DNA of 29,387 nt from a virus. Lineage: Duplodnaviria > Caudoviricetes. The position numbers were made by a program, and so were the translations under genes. Positions 15,589-23,590 of the stretch are shown piece after piece (the stretch's first letter is position 1; every line of letters begins with the position of its first letter). The DNA is taken from positions 1 to 29,387 of IMG/VR virus record IMGVR_UViG_3300023197_000076. One strand, 5' to 3'. A model generated the notes under the pieces. The model saw only the letters and a program-made list of their open reading frames with translations, searched no databases and had not been told where the DNA came from.

Positions 15589-17424
15589 TTAGCGTCGGGT
15601 GTAGCGGCGCTGCTCGATCGACTCGTAGTCGAGGCTGGAGGCGGCGCCGCCGAGGCGGCAGCGGGCGATGCAGGATTCGAGGGCGTCGGGCCCGTCGTCG
15701 TAGGCGCCCTGGGGCCAGGAGAGCATTTGCTGTTTTAGGCGCTCGAGGTCGTCCCAGTTGACCTTGTGGCGGCGGGCTTTGGTGGGCCACTGGATGCGGT
15801 TATTGGAGGCAAGCGGCTCCATCGATTCGATCCGGGCGTCTTTGTTGCCCATGTTGGGGTGGGCCGAGACGGGCAGTGGGTAGCCGTGCGTGCGGGCGGC
15901 GTCCTGGAAGTCGGCCGCGAGGCGCTCGTCCTGCTTGAAGTTCTCCTCGTAGCCGCCGTGCCGGATGAGGTCCCACCGCTCGTAGAGGACGTACATGGCC
16001 TCGATCATGGCGCGGGTGCCCTCCTCCTGCCGCAGCCACGCGTCGAGGATGTGGTAGCGGTGGCGGTCGGTGGCGATGGCCACGACGGCCTTGTAGGCGG
16101 CATGCTGGCTCTCCCCAAAGGCGGGGTCGCACCACATGTACCCGCGCTCTACCTCGGGGCCGAGCTCGTCGTAGGTGGGGAACCACTCCGGCTGAAAAAA
16201 CACGCCGACGACGACCGGGAAGCCGTTCATCTCGGCGTCGAAGCGGCTCGGGCCCATGGTGCGGCGCATGCGCTCGTACCAGGTGCGCTCGTAGCGCTCG
16301 GGCCACAGATAGATCGTCTGCCCAGTAGTCTCGATCTCGGTGGTGGCCCGGTAACAATATATGCTTTTTGCAGCCTCGGCCGCGGGGCTTTCCTGAGCGT
16401 TCTCCGTGCCGTTTTGCGAGGCGCCCTCCGGTTCGGCGGGTGAGAGTGGAGTCTCACTCTCATCGCACCCCCAAACCCCCGTTTCTAACCCGTTTCTTGC
16501 CGCCTGTATCGCCCGATCGGGACGTTGGGGGGTCGGTGCCCCGCCCTGGGGGTCCGTGCCGCCACAGAGGAAGTCACGGAGCGCGTCGTCGGGGGTGCTG
16601 GCGCCCGTGGTGTCCTCCACCGTTTCGAGCATGGCCTGGTACAGCGCGGAGGTGTCGGCGGTGGTGTTGCCGAGCCAGATGATGGGGGCCCCGGTTTCGT
16701 CCTGGTCGTTGCCACCCGCACACGCCGGGTAGAGCTCCTGAAAGACCCAGTCGACCTTTTTGGCGGCGATGGTTTCGGAGCGGGCGCTCTCCCGGTCTTC
16801 GAAGTCGTCGATCAGCCCGAGGTCGGGCCGGTGCTGCATGAAGAGCGAGCCCTTGACGCCCCGCTTGTAGGAGGACGCCTCGATGCGGGCGCTGGAGGCG
16901 ACGCCGGTCGCCACAGGGGTGATCCGCACCTGCAAGACGCCCTCCTGCTCGGAGTACTTCTGCACCTCGACGTCGAAGTCGGCCTGGATGCGGGCGTTCT
17001 CGGTAAGCTCGGCGGCGATGTAGGCGACGTGCCCCTTGCTGAGCTTCAGCTCCTCGGAGATGACCAAGGGGTAGTGCAGGCTGCCCCAGAGCACGCGCTT
17101 AATGAGGCCGGTGCGGACGATGGTGCTCTTCGCGTGCTCGCGCGCCCCGTGCGTAATGAAAACGTGTCGCCGGTCGTGATGCACCATCGCGTCGAGGTCG
17201 CCGTGGAAGGCGGCCGGCTCGGACGTGAAGTAGTGCGGCATGTAGGTGCGCCCGAAGGCGAGGGTCGGCGCCTCGGCCTGCTCCACTGCCTCGTGCCGGC
17301 CCCGCGCGGCCTCGGTGGAGGTGTCCTGGAAGGCCTGGACGTCCTGGCTGAGCGACTGCTGGAGCTCCTCCAGCTGCTGCTCCATGCGCTTGAGCCGGGC
17401 GGACTTCGTGGATTCTAGGGCCAT
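15589..17424 (-). CDS. terL: terminase large subunit
   Basis: AREHAKST (Walker A-like), RPDLGLIDDFED (Walker B), WLGN, CDPAFG and DDGPDALE nuclease motifs. Confidence 0.9.
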   Translation of the reverse strand: MALESTKSARLKRMEQQLEELQQSLSQDVQAFQDTSTEAARGRHEAVEQAEAPTLAFGRTYMPHYFTSEPAAFHGDLDAMVHHDRRHVFITHGAREHAKSTIVRTGLIKRVLWGSLHYPLVISEELKLSKGHVAYIAAELTENARIQADFDVEVQKYSEQEGVLQVRITPVATGVASSARIEASSYKRGVKGSLFMQHRPDLGLIDDFEDRESARSETIAAKKVDWVFQELYPACAGGNDQDETGAPIIWLGNTTADTSALYQAMLETVEDTTGASTPDDALRDFLCGGTDPQGGAPTPQRPDRAIQAARNGLETGVWGCDESETPLSPAEPEGASQNGTENAQESPAAEAAKSIYCYRATTEIETTGQTIYLWPERYERTWYERMRRTMGPSRFDAEMNGFPVVVGVFFQPEWFPTYDELGPEVERGYMWCDPAFGESQHAAYKAVVAIATDRHRYHILDAWLRQEEGTRAMIEAMYVLYERWDLIRHGGYEENFKQDERLAADFQDAARTHGYPLPVSAHPNMGNKDARIESMEPLASNNRIQWPTKARRHKVNWDDLERLKQQMLSWPQGAYDDGPDALESCIARCRLGGAASSLDYESIEQRRYTRR

Positions 17425-17430
17425 CGGGGA

Positions 17431-17492
17431 GGTGTTGGGGTGTTGGTGTGTTGGGGGGGGCGTGCTGGGGTCTTCGGGGGTTGGGGTGCTGC
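17431..17492. repeat. GGTGTTGG degenerate microsatellite
   Basis: ggtgttgg ggtgttgg tgtgttgg, then four degenerate 8-mers, in the terS/terL spacer. Confidence 0.75.
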
Positions 17493-17497
17493 GGGGC

Positions 17498-17944
17498 TTA
17501 AGCGTCCTGGACGAGCTGGCGGGAGAATTCCATGAGGGGCTGGACCATGTCGTCCCGGAGGTCGGGGTAGTGGTCGGCGAGCCAGTCGCCGAGCTCGTCG
17601 ATGGTGTCGAGGGCGTGGCCCACGAAGAGCTCCGCGTCGTCGAGCTCGTTGATGTCCTTCCGCATTTTGCGGATGCGGTCCACCTCGCCGTTGTCGAGCA
17701 TCCGGCCCTCCTCGTTGGCGTCGGCGATGATCATGAAGACCTGCTTGCGCAGCTGCTCGGCCACCATGCGGCCGGAGACCGACCGGGCCATGCGCTGATC
17801 CTCCCAGTCCTCCTCGGAGCGCCACCGCCGCAGGGTGGACTCGGAGACGCCGGTCAGGTCGCTGATGGCCGGGATGCTGTGGCCCTTGTAGCAGTACAGG
17901 CTCTTGCATCGGGCGCGGACCTCGTCGGAGTACTTCTTGGGCAT
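17498..17944 (-). CDS. putative terminase small subunit (Mu gp27 / DUF1804-like, N-terminal HTH)
   Basis: SIPAISDLTGVSESTLRRWRSEEDW; directly upstream of terL; ATG 17944. Confidence 0.75.
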   Translation of the reverse strand: MPKKYSDEVRARCKSLYCYKGHSIPAISDLTGVSESTLRRWRSEEDWEDQRMARSVSGRMVAEQLRKQVFMIIADANEEGRMLDNGEVDRIRKMRKDINELDDAELFVGHALDTIDELGDWLADHYPDLRDDMVQPLMEFSRQLVQDA

Positions 17945-18124
17945 GAGCCGGGGGGACGGGCAGAGAGGCAGTGTGGCCCTATGTATGAGCAGTGCGGGCC
18001 CGGAGACGTGACATATATCGATGTGTCCGGTATCCGGTGGGATTGTGTAGATCGATGCATATGTCAAAACTACGCCCTCCGTCCGGAGGTAGAGGCGCCC
18101 ACATTGTGACATGACGGGCTCAGG
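17945..18124. promoter_or_regulatory. divergent late-promoter region
   Basis: Non-coding between divergent operons; inverted TGACATAT-ATCGAT (18009-18022) / ATCGAT-GC-ATATGTCA (18051-18066). Confidence 0.6.
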
Positions 18125-18589
18125 ATGGCGTACTGCACACAGGATCACGTACTGACCGCCTACGGGCAGGAGCAGATTAGCTCCGTCACCGGGGACCCGC
18201 TCAAGGAGACGGTCGACACCGAGAAGTTGAGCGAGGCGATTAAGGAATACGGGGCGTACATCCAGCAGCACGTGCGGAGCCAGCACCCGGATGATCCCTT
18301 CGATGAGAACCACGAGTTCTTGCGGTCCCTGAACATCGAGGGGGCCTTCTTGACGCTTCAGAAGCGCACGCCCGGCGGCACGAGCGAGGAGGTACGCAAG
18401 GACTTGCAGCGGCTTGACGGCATCCTGATGAAAGTCGCCACCGGGCAGATTGACCTGATGGATCAGCAACAGATCGACGATGCGCCGAGCGATCGCCTCA
18501 AACCAGAGGAGCTGATTCAGCAGAAGGGCACCAAAGATCAGGAAGCCTTCGGCCTGCACCGTGATCTACCGACCTGGCTGAGCACATGA
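18125..18589 (+). CDS. Mu gp36 / DUF1320-like head-tail adaptor
   Basis: MAYCTQDHV start; C-terminal LMKVATGQIDL. Confidence 0.8.
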   Translation: MAYCTQDHVLTAYGQEQISSVTGDPLKETVDTEKLSEAIKEYGAYIQQHVRSQHPDDPFDENHEFLRSLNIEGAFLTLQKRTPGGTSEEVRKDLQRLDGILMKVATGQIDLMDQQQIDDAPSDRLKPEELIQQKGTKDQEAFGLHRDLPTWLST

Positions 18590-19035
18590 TCAGCGACCTG
18601 CAAACGAAGGTGGTCTCGACGCTGGACGCAAAGCGCCAGCAGGCCACCGAGGAGGACGGACGCCTGGTCCCGAAGGCGGTGCGGCCCTACGGGGGCGAGG
18701 CGCTGCGGCCGAAGCAGCTGATTCAGCACGTGCCGGCGTGCTTCGTGGAGTTCGACGTGGCGCGAATGGAGGGCATCGACTACGGCGAGGTGGCCGACGG
18801 GGCGATTTCGTTCGACGTGATCTGCGCGACGCAGAACCGGTCCTCGCCGGAGGCGGAGTACTCCGACGGGGTGGCGCTTTTGACCTGGACCTTCGAGGCC
18901 CTGGTGGGACTGGAGATTCAGCTGGAGGACGTGGGCACCGCCTACTGGCAGACGATGGACGTGGGCCGCATGATGAGCGGCAAGGACCTGTGGATGGCCA
19001 AGGTGAGCCCGGATCTGGAACTGCAACGGTACTGA
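18586..19035 (+). CDS. Mu gp37-like neck/tail terminator protein
   Basis: VRPYGGE...PACFVEF pattern; ATGA overlap with gp36. Confidence 0.65.
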   Translation: MISDLQTKVVSTLDAKRQQATEEDGRLVPKAVRPYGGEALRPKQLIQHVPACFVEFDVARMEGIDYGEVADGAISFDVICATQNRSSPEAEYSDGVALLTWTFEALVGLEIQLEDVGTAYWQTMDVGRMMSGKDLWMAKVSPDLELQRY

Positions 19036-19037
19036 TT

Positions 19038-20213
19038 ATGGCGGCTGAAACCGTCGAAATTGCGAGCGTGGGCGAGTACTGGGGCCACCACACGGTGCCC
19101 CACGAGCTCACGATGAGGGACCTGCGCCAGATGCGGCGCAACTTTAGCGGTCCGGTCGTAATCGACTACGACCATGCGACCCAGGACCCGGACGTGCAGC
19201 GCGCCGTCGCGGCCGGGTGGGTGACTGAGGTCCACATTGAGGGCGATACGTTGATGGGCACCGTGGAGTGGACCGACGAGGCTGAAAGGTCTATCGACAG
19301 CGATCAGTTCCGCTTTTTGAGCCCGGTCATCGACAAGCACGCAGAGGACCGCGAGACCGGTACCGAGATTGGCACGGAGCTGGTGACGCTCGCTCTTACG
19401 AACGTGCCGTTTTACGACCACCTGAACGGTGATCAGGGTGTCCGAGACGTACAAAACGGCGTTGCGACGACTCCCCCACTGACCGAACGCATAGCGATGA
19501 GCCGACGCATCGTCAACGCGACCGACCTCGGCGACTGGATGGAGCGGCGCCGGAAGGAGCTGGACATGAGCCGCGATGAGCTCGGCGATGAGGTGGGGCT
19601 CACGGGGGGCACGATCGGCCAGATCGAGCGCGGCGAGATCGAGGTGCCCCCGCCGGATCGGCGCGAGCAGCTGGCCGACGCGCTCGAGGTCACCGTAGAG
19701 ACGATTGAGGACCGCATTCCCGATTCCAAACTCGAAAACACACACGACGCCATGGACTGGCAAGAGCGCTGGAAAAACCTAAAGAACCGACTTTCGGGCA
19801 TCCTGAACGCCGACGCCGGCGGGGAGCTCGACGTGCTCGACGAGGCGCGGCAGCTGCGCCAACGGGTCGATGAGCTGGAGGAGAAGCTCGAGGACCATGA
19901 GGAGATCAAAAACGAGCGAGACCAGCTTCAGGAGCGCGTCGAAGAGCTCGAAGGCGAGGTGGAAGAGCAAGAGGAGATCGCCAACGAGGAGCTCCTCGAC
20001 GAGGCGGTAGAGAACTTCCGCATCCAGAACTCCCAGAGAGGGGAGTGGGAGGAGCGGCTCGAGGAGAATCCGGAGGCGGCCCGCATGGCGCTCAACTCGA
20101 TCCCGAAGGGCGCGGCGAAGCCGGGCTCGGAGGTGGACGAGCCGGAAAAGACGAGCGACTCCCCGGACGTCGGTGCGGATAACGCCTTCCACCAGTACGC
20201 CCGCGGCGAGTAA
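19038..20213 (+). CDS. Mu-type prohead protease / scaffold with internal XRE-HTH domain
   Basis: IDYDH, AAGW, VEWT, FLSP, ALTNVP protease motifs; HTH ~19497-19718; acidic coiled coil from ATG 19752. Confidence 0.88.
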   Translation: MAAETVEIASVGEYWGHHTVPHELTMRDLRQMRRNFSGPVVIDYDHATQDPDVQRAVAAGWVTEVHIEGDTLMGTVEWTDEAERSIDSDQFRFLSPVIDKHAEDRETGTEIGTELVTLALTNVPFYDHLNGDQGVRDVQNGVATTPPLTERIAMSRRIVNATDLGDWMERRRKELDMSRDELGDEVGLTGGTIGQIERGEIEVPPPDRREQLADALEVTVETIEDRIPDSKLENTHDAMDWQERWKNLKNRLSGILNADAGGELDVLDEARQLRQRVDELEEKLEDHEEIKNERDQLQERVEELEGEVEEQEEIANEELLDEAVENFRIQNSQRGEWEERLEENPEAARMALNSIPKGAAKPGSEVDEPEKTSDSPDVGADNAFHQYARGE

Positions 20214-20235
20214 GGCGCAGACCGGACAGCCCTAC

Positions 20236-20254
20236 GGTTCACCGTCGGTGAACC
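20236..20254 (+). other. hairpin upstream of the capsid gene
   Basis: GGTTCACC-GTC-GGTGAACC perfect 8-bp stem. Confidence 0.5.
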
Positions 20255-20287
20255 CACACGCATTTTCTGACCAGATCGCTACCGACT

Positions 20288-21301
20288 ATGCCTTCTTTGC
20301 GCGAGCTTTCCCGACTCGAAGGATCTCGCAGCCAGTCCGTGTTGGGCTGGATGCTCCAGTACAGCAACTGGCTGGCCGCGCTCGAATCGCGGGGCGCCTT
20401 TGAGCTGGGCGCTACCGACTTCGACCTCTACCCGGTCGACGAGGACGACAGCGTTCAGACCCGCGGTGTGGGCGGTAATTACACGAGCGCCGCCGCCACG
20501 CCCCCGGACCGGCAGCCCGAGAACCTCGGTTTTCACGGCGACGGGGTCACGATCGACCGCTCCCACATCGTGGACGATCAGCGCCAGCTGCGCCCGATCG
20601 AGGGGTGGATCAACCCGGCTTTGCGCCAGAAGGTGCGCGGGTGGGCCCGCGGCATGGAGGGCCTTTTCTTCAACGGGGGCGGCGGCACGAGCCCGCGGGA
20701 GATGCTAGGCCTCTCGAACATCCTCGACGGGTCGAGCAACCCGCCCGGCTTTTCGCAGGACATGGTGATCGACGCGGTGGACTTTCTGCCGTCGGGCACG
20801 TCGGCCAATCACCTCGACCTGGGGGACGAGACCCACGTGGAGGCGTTTCGGCAGGCGATGGAGCAGATCGTGCCGGAGTTTATGGACCCGCTGATCGGTG
20901 CCAACAGCCAGCTGGGCGCCGTGCTCGGGACGATCGCCCGCCAGAACCAGAGCTACGAGCGGATCGAAGGGGCCTTCGGTCAGATGATCGAGCGCGTCTA
21001 CGGGGGCGACCTGGTGCGCGTAGGCTCCAACGCGATCCCGAATACTGAGCCCGACAACGCGGGCACGCCCAACGACGTCACCACCTCGCTCTACATCTCC
21101 GATCCCAATCCGGGGCTCTACAGCGCCGTGACCAACGGGGGCCTGGAGGTGGAGGATGAGCTCGACGAGATCCTCGAGGAGAAGCGCTCCGGCAAGGTGG
21201 AGTGGGAGCTCCGCGTGGAGAATGCGATCCAGGACAAGTACGCCATCCGGCGCATCCGGAATGTCAAGCTGCCGGCCGGCGTCGAGGACTACATCACGTA
21301 G
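20288..21301 (+). CDS. major capsid protein
   Basis: 337 aa directly after protease/scaffold; FFNG...EMLGL and C-terminal AIRRIRNV HK97-like pattern. Confidence 0.8.
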   Translation: MPSLRELSRLEGSRSQSVLGWMLQYSNWLAALESRGAFELGATDFDLYPVDEDDSVQTRGVGGNYTSAAATPPDRQPENLGFHGDGVTIDRSHIVDDQRQLRPIEGWINPALRQKVRGWARGMEGLFFNGGGGTSPREMLGLSNILDGSSNPPGFSQDMVIDAVDFLPSGTSANHLDLGDETHVEAFRQAMEQIVPEFMDPLIGANSQLGAVLGTIARQNQSYERIEGAFGQMIERVYGGDLVRVGSNAIPNTEPDNAGTPNDVTTSLYISDPNPGLYSAVTNGGLEVEDELDEILEEKRSGKVEWELRVENAIQDKYAIRRIRNVKLPAGVEDYIT

Positions 21302-21330
21302 AATGTAGGCTGTGAGCTGTCCCGAGGCCG

Positions 21331-21446
21331 GTGTAGGCCCGTGCCGGCATAGAGCCAGTCAACGGGCCGCATACAGCCCGGCAGGCGCCGAAGTCGTCGC
21401 GTCCCGAAGGGATTCGGGACCTCGGTTCGATTCCGCGGCGGGCTGC
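21331..21446 (+). ncRNA. tRNA-sized cloverleaf-like RNA (21374-21446) with upstream stem-loop
   Basis: CAGCCCG/CGGGCTG terminal stem, GGCG/CGTC arm, GTCCCGAA-GGGA-TTCGGGAC arm, T-arm CTCGG-TTCGATT-CCGCG; upstream GGCCCGT/ACGGGCC hairpin. Confidence 0.6.
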
Positions 21447-21479
21447 AACCAACCCAACCGATCAACACCCTACAGGCTC

Positions 21480-21860
21480 ATGAGCGACACCGTGACCGTC
21501 ACCTGCGCCAATATCTACCACCGCGGGACCACCGTCGAGGTCGACGACGAGGAGCGCGAGGTCTCCTTTGATAAGGACCGGCAGCGCGGCGTGGCCGTGG
21601 CGGAGGTGCCCGCGGAGGTGGCCGCGGCGCTGGCAAAGAAAGAGGCGTACGCGGTGGAGGAGCCGCTCAGCGAACCTGGGCTAGATGCGCCGTCGGTCCT
21701 CGACGGCATCGGCCCGGCCTACGAGGAGGAGCTCGCGGAGGCCGATGTTGAGAAGGTGGCCGGCCTGGCCAACGCCGACGCAGAGATTTTGGCCGCGGAG
21801 CTCTCGGCCGACGAGGAGACCGTGTTTGAGTGGATCAGCGCCGCCAAGGCGCACGAGTAG
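21480..21860 (+). CDS. acidic protein with C-terminal helix-hairpin-helix domain
   Basis: LDGIGPAYEEELAEADV...LANAD HhH motif; ATG 21480. Confidence 0.75.
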   Translation: MSDTVTVTCANIYHRGTTVEVDDEEREVSFDKDRQRGVAVAEVPAEVAAALAKKEAYAVEEPLSEPGLDAPSVLDGIGPAYEEELAEADVEKVAGLANADAEILAAELSADEETVFEWISAAKAHE

Positions 21861-21913
21861 CAGCCTCGACTCGGCGCTCTAGTAATCGACCCCGTCACAT
21901 TGTGCACTGGATC

Positions 21914-22372
21914 ATGCAGACGCTCGCGCGCACCCGGGAGATCATGCCGGATACGGCCCTCGCGAAGGGGGCGAGTGCGCTTGCAGCGAGCCTTTTGATG
22001 GTGGAGCCCCGCCTGGTGTGGGGCCTGGGCGCGGTCATCGTGCTCAACGCGGTTGCGTCCATCTGGTACGCACGGCGGGCCGACGATCGCACGTCCGTGA
22101 CCGTGATCCGGTGGCTCATCCTGCGGTGCGGGGTCTACGCGCTGGTGCTGCCGAGCGTGGTGCTTTTGAGCAACATCGTGGGCGTCGACATGCTGCGCCG
22201 AATCGTGTTCGGCGGTGCGGCCGGGTGGGAGGTGGCGGTGACCATGGGCATCGGTGCCCGTATTAGCCCGCGCTTCAGGCCGGTCTATGAGCAGGTGCAG
22301 GAGGCGATCAGCGAGAACACACCGCTCGACATCGAAGAGGACGACGTGTCCGACGCCATCGACCGCGACTAG
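21914..22372 (+). CDS. putative holin (holin_4_1-like)
   Basis: 3-4 hydrophobic segments, charged C-tail; alternative ATG 21944. Confidence 0.6.
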   Translation: MQTLARTREIMPDTALAKGASALAASLLMVEPRLVWGLGAVIVLNAVASIWYARRADDRTSVTVIRWLILRCGVYALVLPSVVLLSNIVGVDMLRRIVFGGAAGWEVAVTMGIGARISPRFRPVYEQVQEAISENTPLDIEEDDVSDAIDRD

Positions 22373-22376
22373 TGCT

Positions 22377-22820
22377 ATGCCCTCGTTTTTCAACATTGGC
22401 TCGGTCGTAAGCGGCGTCGTCGACTCGATCGGCGATGCGGCCGACGACCTGTTTACCTCCGAGCAGGAGCGAAAGAAGGCCAAGCGCCTGACGAAAAAGA
22501 TCGAGGTGGAGCTCGAGGAGCAGCTGCTGGAGGTGAAGCAGCAGCTCATCAAGCAGCGGGGGAGTGTTCTCGAAAAGGAGGTGCAGGGCGAGAGCTGGTA
22601 CCAGCGGGCGTGGCGGCCCTTTACGATGATCGTTTTTGTGGGGGTGATCGTGGCGCACTGGTTCGGGGTCGCCGGGACGCACCTCGACCCCGAGATCCAG
22701 ACATGGCTCTACAAGGTGATTCAGCTGGGCCTGGGCGGATACGTATTTGGGCGCAGCGCCGAGAAGATTGCGCCGTACGCGCGAGATGCCGTTGTCAATC
22801 GCAAATCGTCGACCTCCTGA
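22377..22820 (+). CDS. 3TM holin (GTA-holin-like family)
   Basis: DLFTSEQER...ESWYQRAWRP...LGLGGYVFGRSAEK. Confidence 0.85.
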   Translation: MPSFFNIGSVVSGVVDSIGDAADDLFTSEQERKKAKRLTKKIEVELEEQLLEVKQQLIKQRGSVLEKEVQGESWYQRAWRPFTMIVFVGVIVAHWFGVAGTHLDPEIQTWLYKVIQLGLGGYVFGRSAEKIAPYARDAVVNRKSSTS

Positions 22821-23377
22821 TGCTACGCATCGCAGACGAGCACATTCCGCTGGCGCACTCCCCCGCGGCGGTGCTCAGCAATCTGTTTTACGTGGGGGCC
22901 GCCCTCGTGCTCGCGGCCGTGTACGGGCCGGCGGTGGTGCCGGTATCGTTTGCGCTCGTGGTCCAGGCCTACGGCTCGATGCTCTTTCACGGGACGACGG
23001 AGGAGGCCCGCTGGGCGCAGATGATCGACGCGGTGGGCATTCAGATGGTGATGAGCGCGCTGCTATGCCTGACGGCCCACGCGGTGTTCGGCGTCGCTGC
23101 CCTGCTGGCCTACGCGCCGCTCGTGGCCGTGTGGCCGGCTTGGTGGCTCTTTGCACACCACACCGACCGGAATGACTTTATCGCCGGCCAGGGCGCAGTG
23201 GTACTCATTGTGCTCACCCTGGAGGTGCCTCTGTGGGCCGTCGGCGGCCTGGCGGCATTGGCCGGCGGGGCCGTGGCGGTGCAGCGACTTTTTCCGGTCC
23301 ACTCCGGAGGGCATGCCCTCTGGCACGGCCTAAGTGCCGCGGCACAAGCGCTGAGTGTCGTTCTTCTTTTTTCTTGA
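22820..23377 (+). CDS. CREST-superfamily (alkaline ceramidase-like) membrane hydrolase
   Basis: ~6-7 TM segments; LSNLFY, GSMLFHGT (SxxxH), QMID, GHALWH (HxxxH); TGATG coupling to the holin. Confidence 0.75.
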   Translation: MLRIADEHIPLAHSPAAVLSNLFYVGAALVLAAVYGPAVVPVSFALVVQAYGSMLFHGTTEEARWAQMIDAVGIQMVMSALLCLTAHAVFGVAALLAYAPLVAVWPAWWLFAHHTDRNDFIAGQGAVVLIVLTLEVPLWAVGGLAALAGGAVAVQRLFPVHSGGHALWHGLSAAAQALSVVLLFS

Positions 23378-23383
23378 GTAGCC

Positions 23384-23590
23384 ATGGCCCGATACGAACT
23401 GCACACGTACCTCTCGGGACACGAGGGACAAAAGACCGGCCGGACGCGCAGCTGTACGCCCGGGGCTCGCATCGAGGCGCCCCAGGGGGAGTTTTCCGAC
23501 CTGGTGCCGGGGCGGGACTACAGCCGGCTCGACGACACGAGCGACCTGGACGACACTTCCGATTCTGACACAGACACCACAGACGAATGA
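23384..23590 (+). CDS. small acidic hypothetical protein
   Basis: 68 aa; ATGA overlap with the next gene. Confidence 0.6.
   Translation: MARYELHTYLSGHEGQKTGRTRSCTPGARIEAPQGEFSDLVPGRDYSRLDDTSDLDDTSDSDTDTTDE

Noticed and set aside
16350-16610. Intein in TerL
   Set aside because: Too short, and lacks the C-terminal His-Asn plus nucleophile and other splicing motifs
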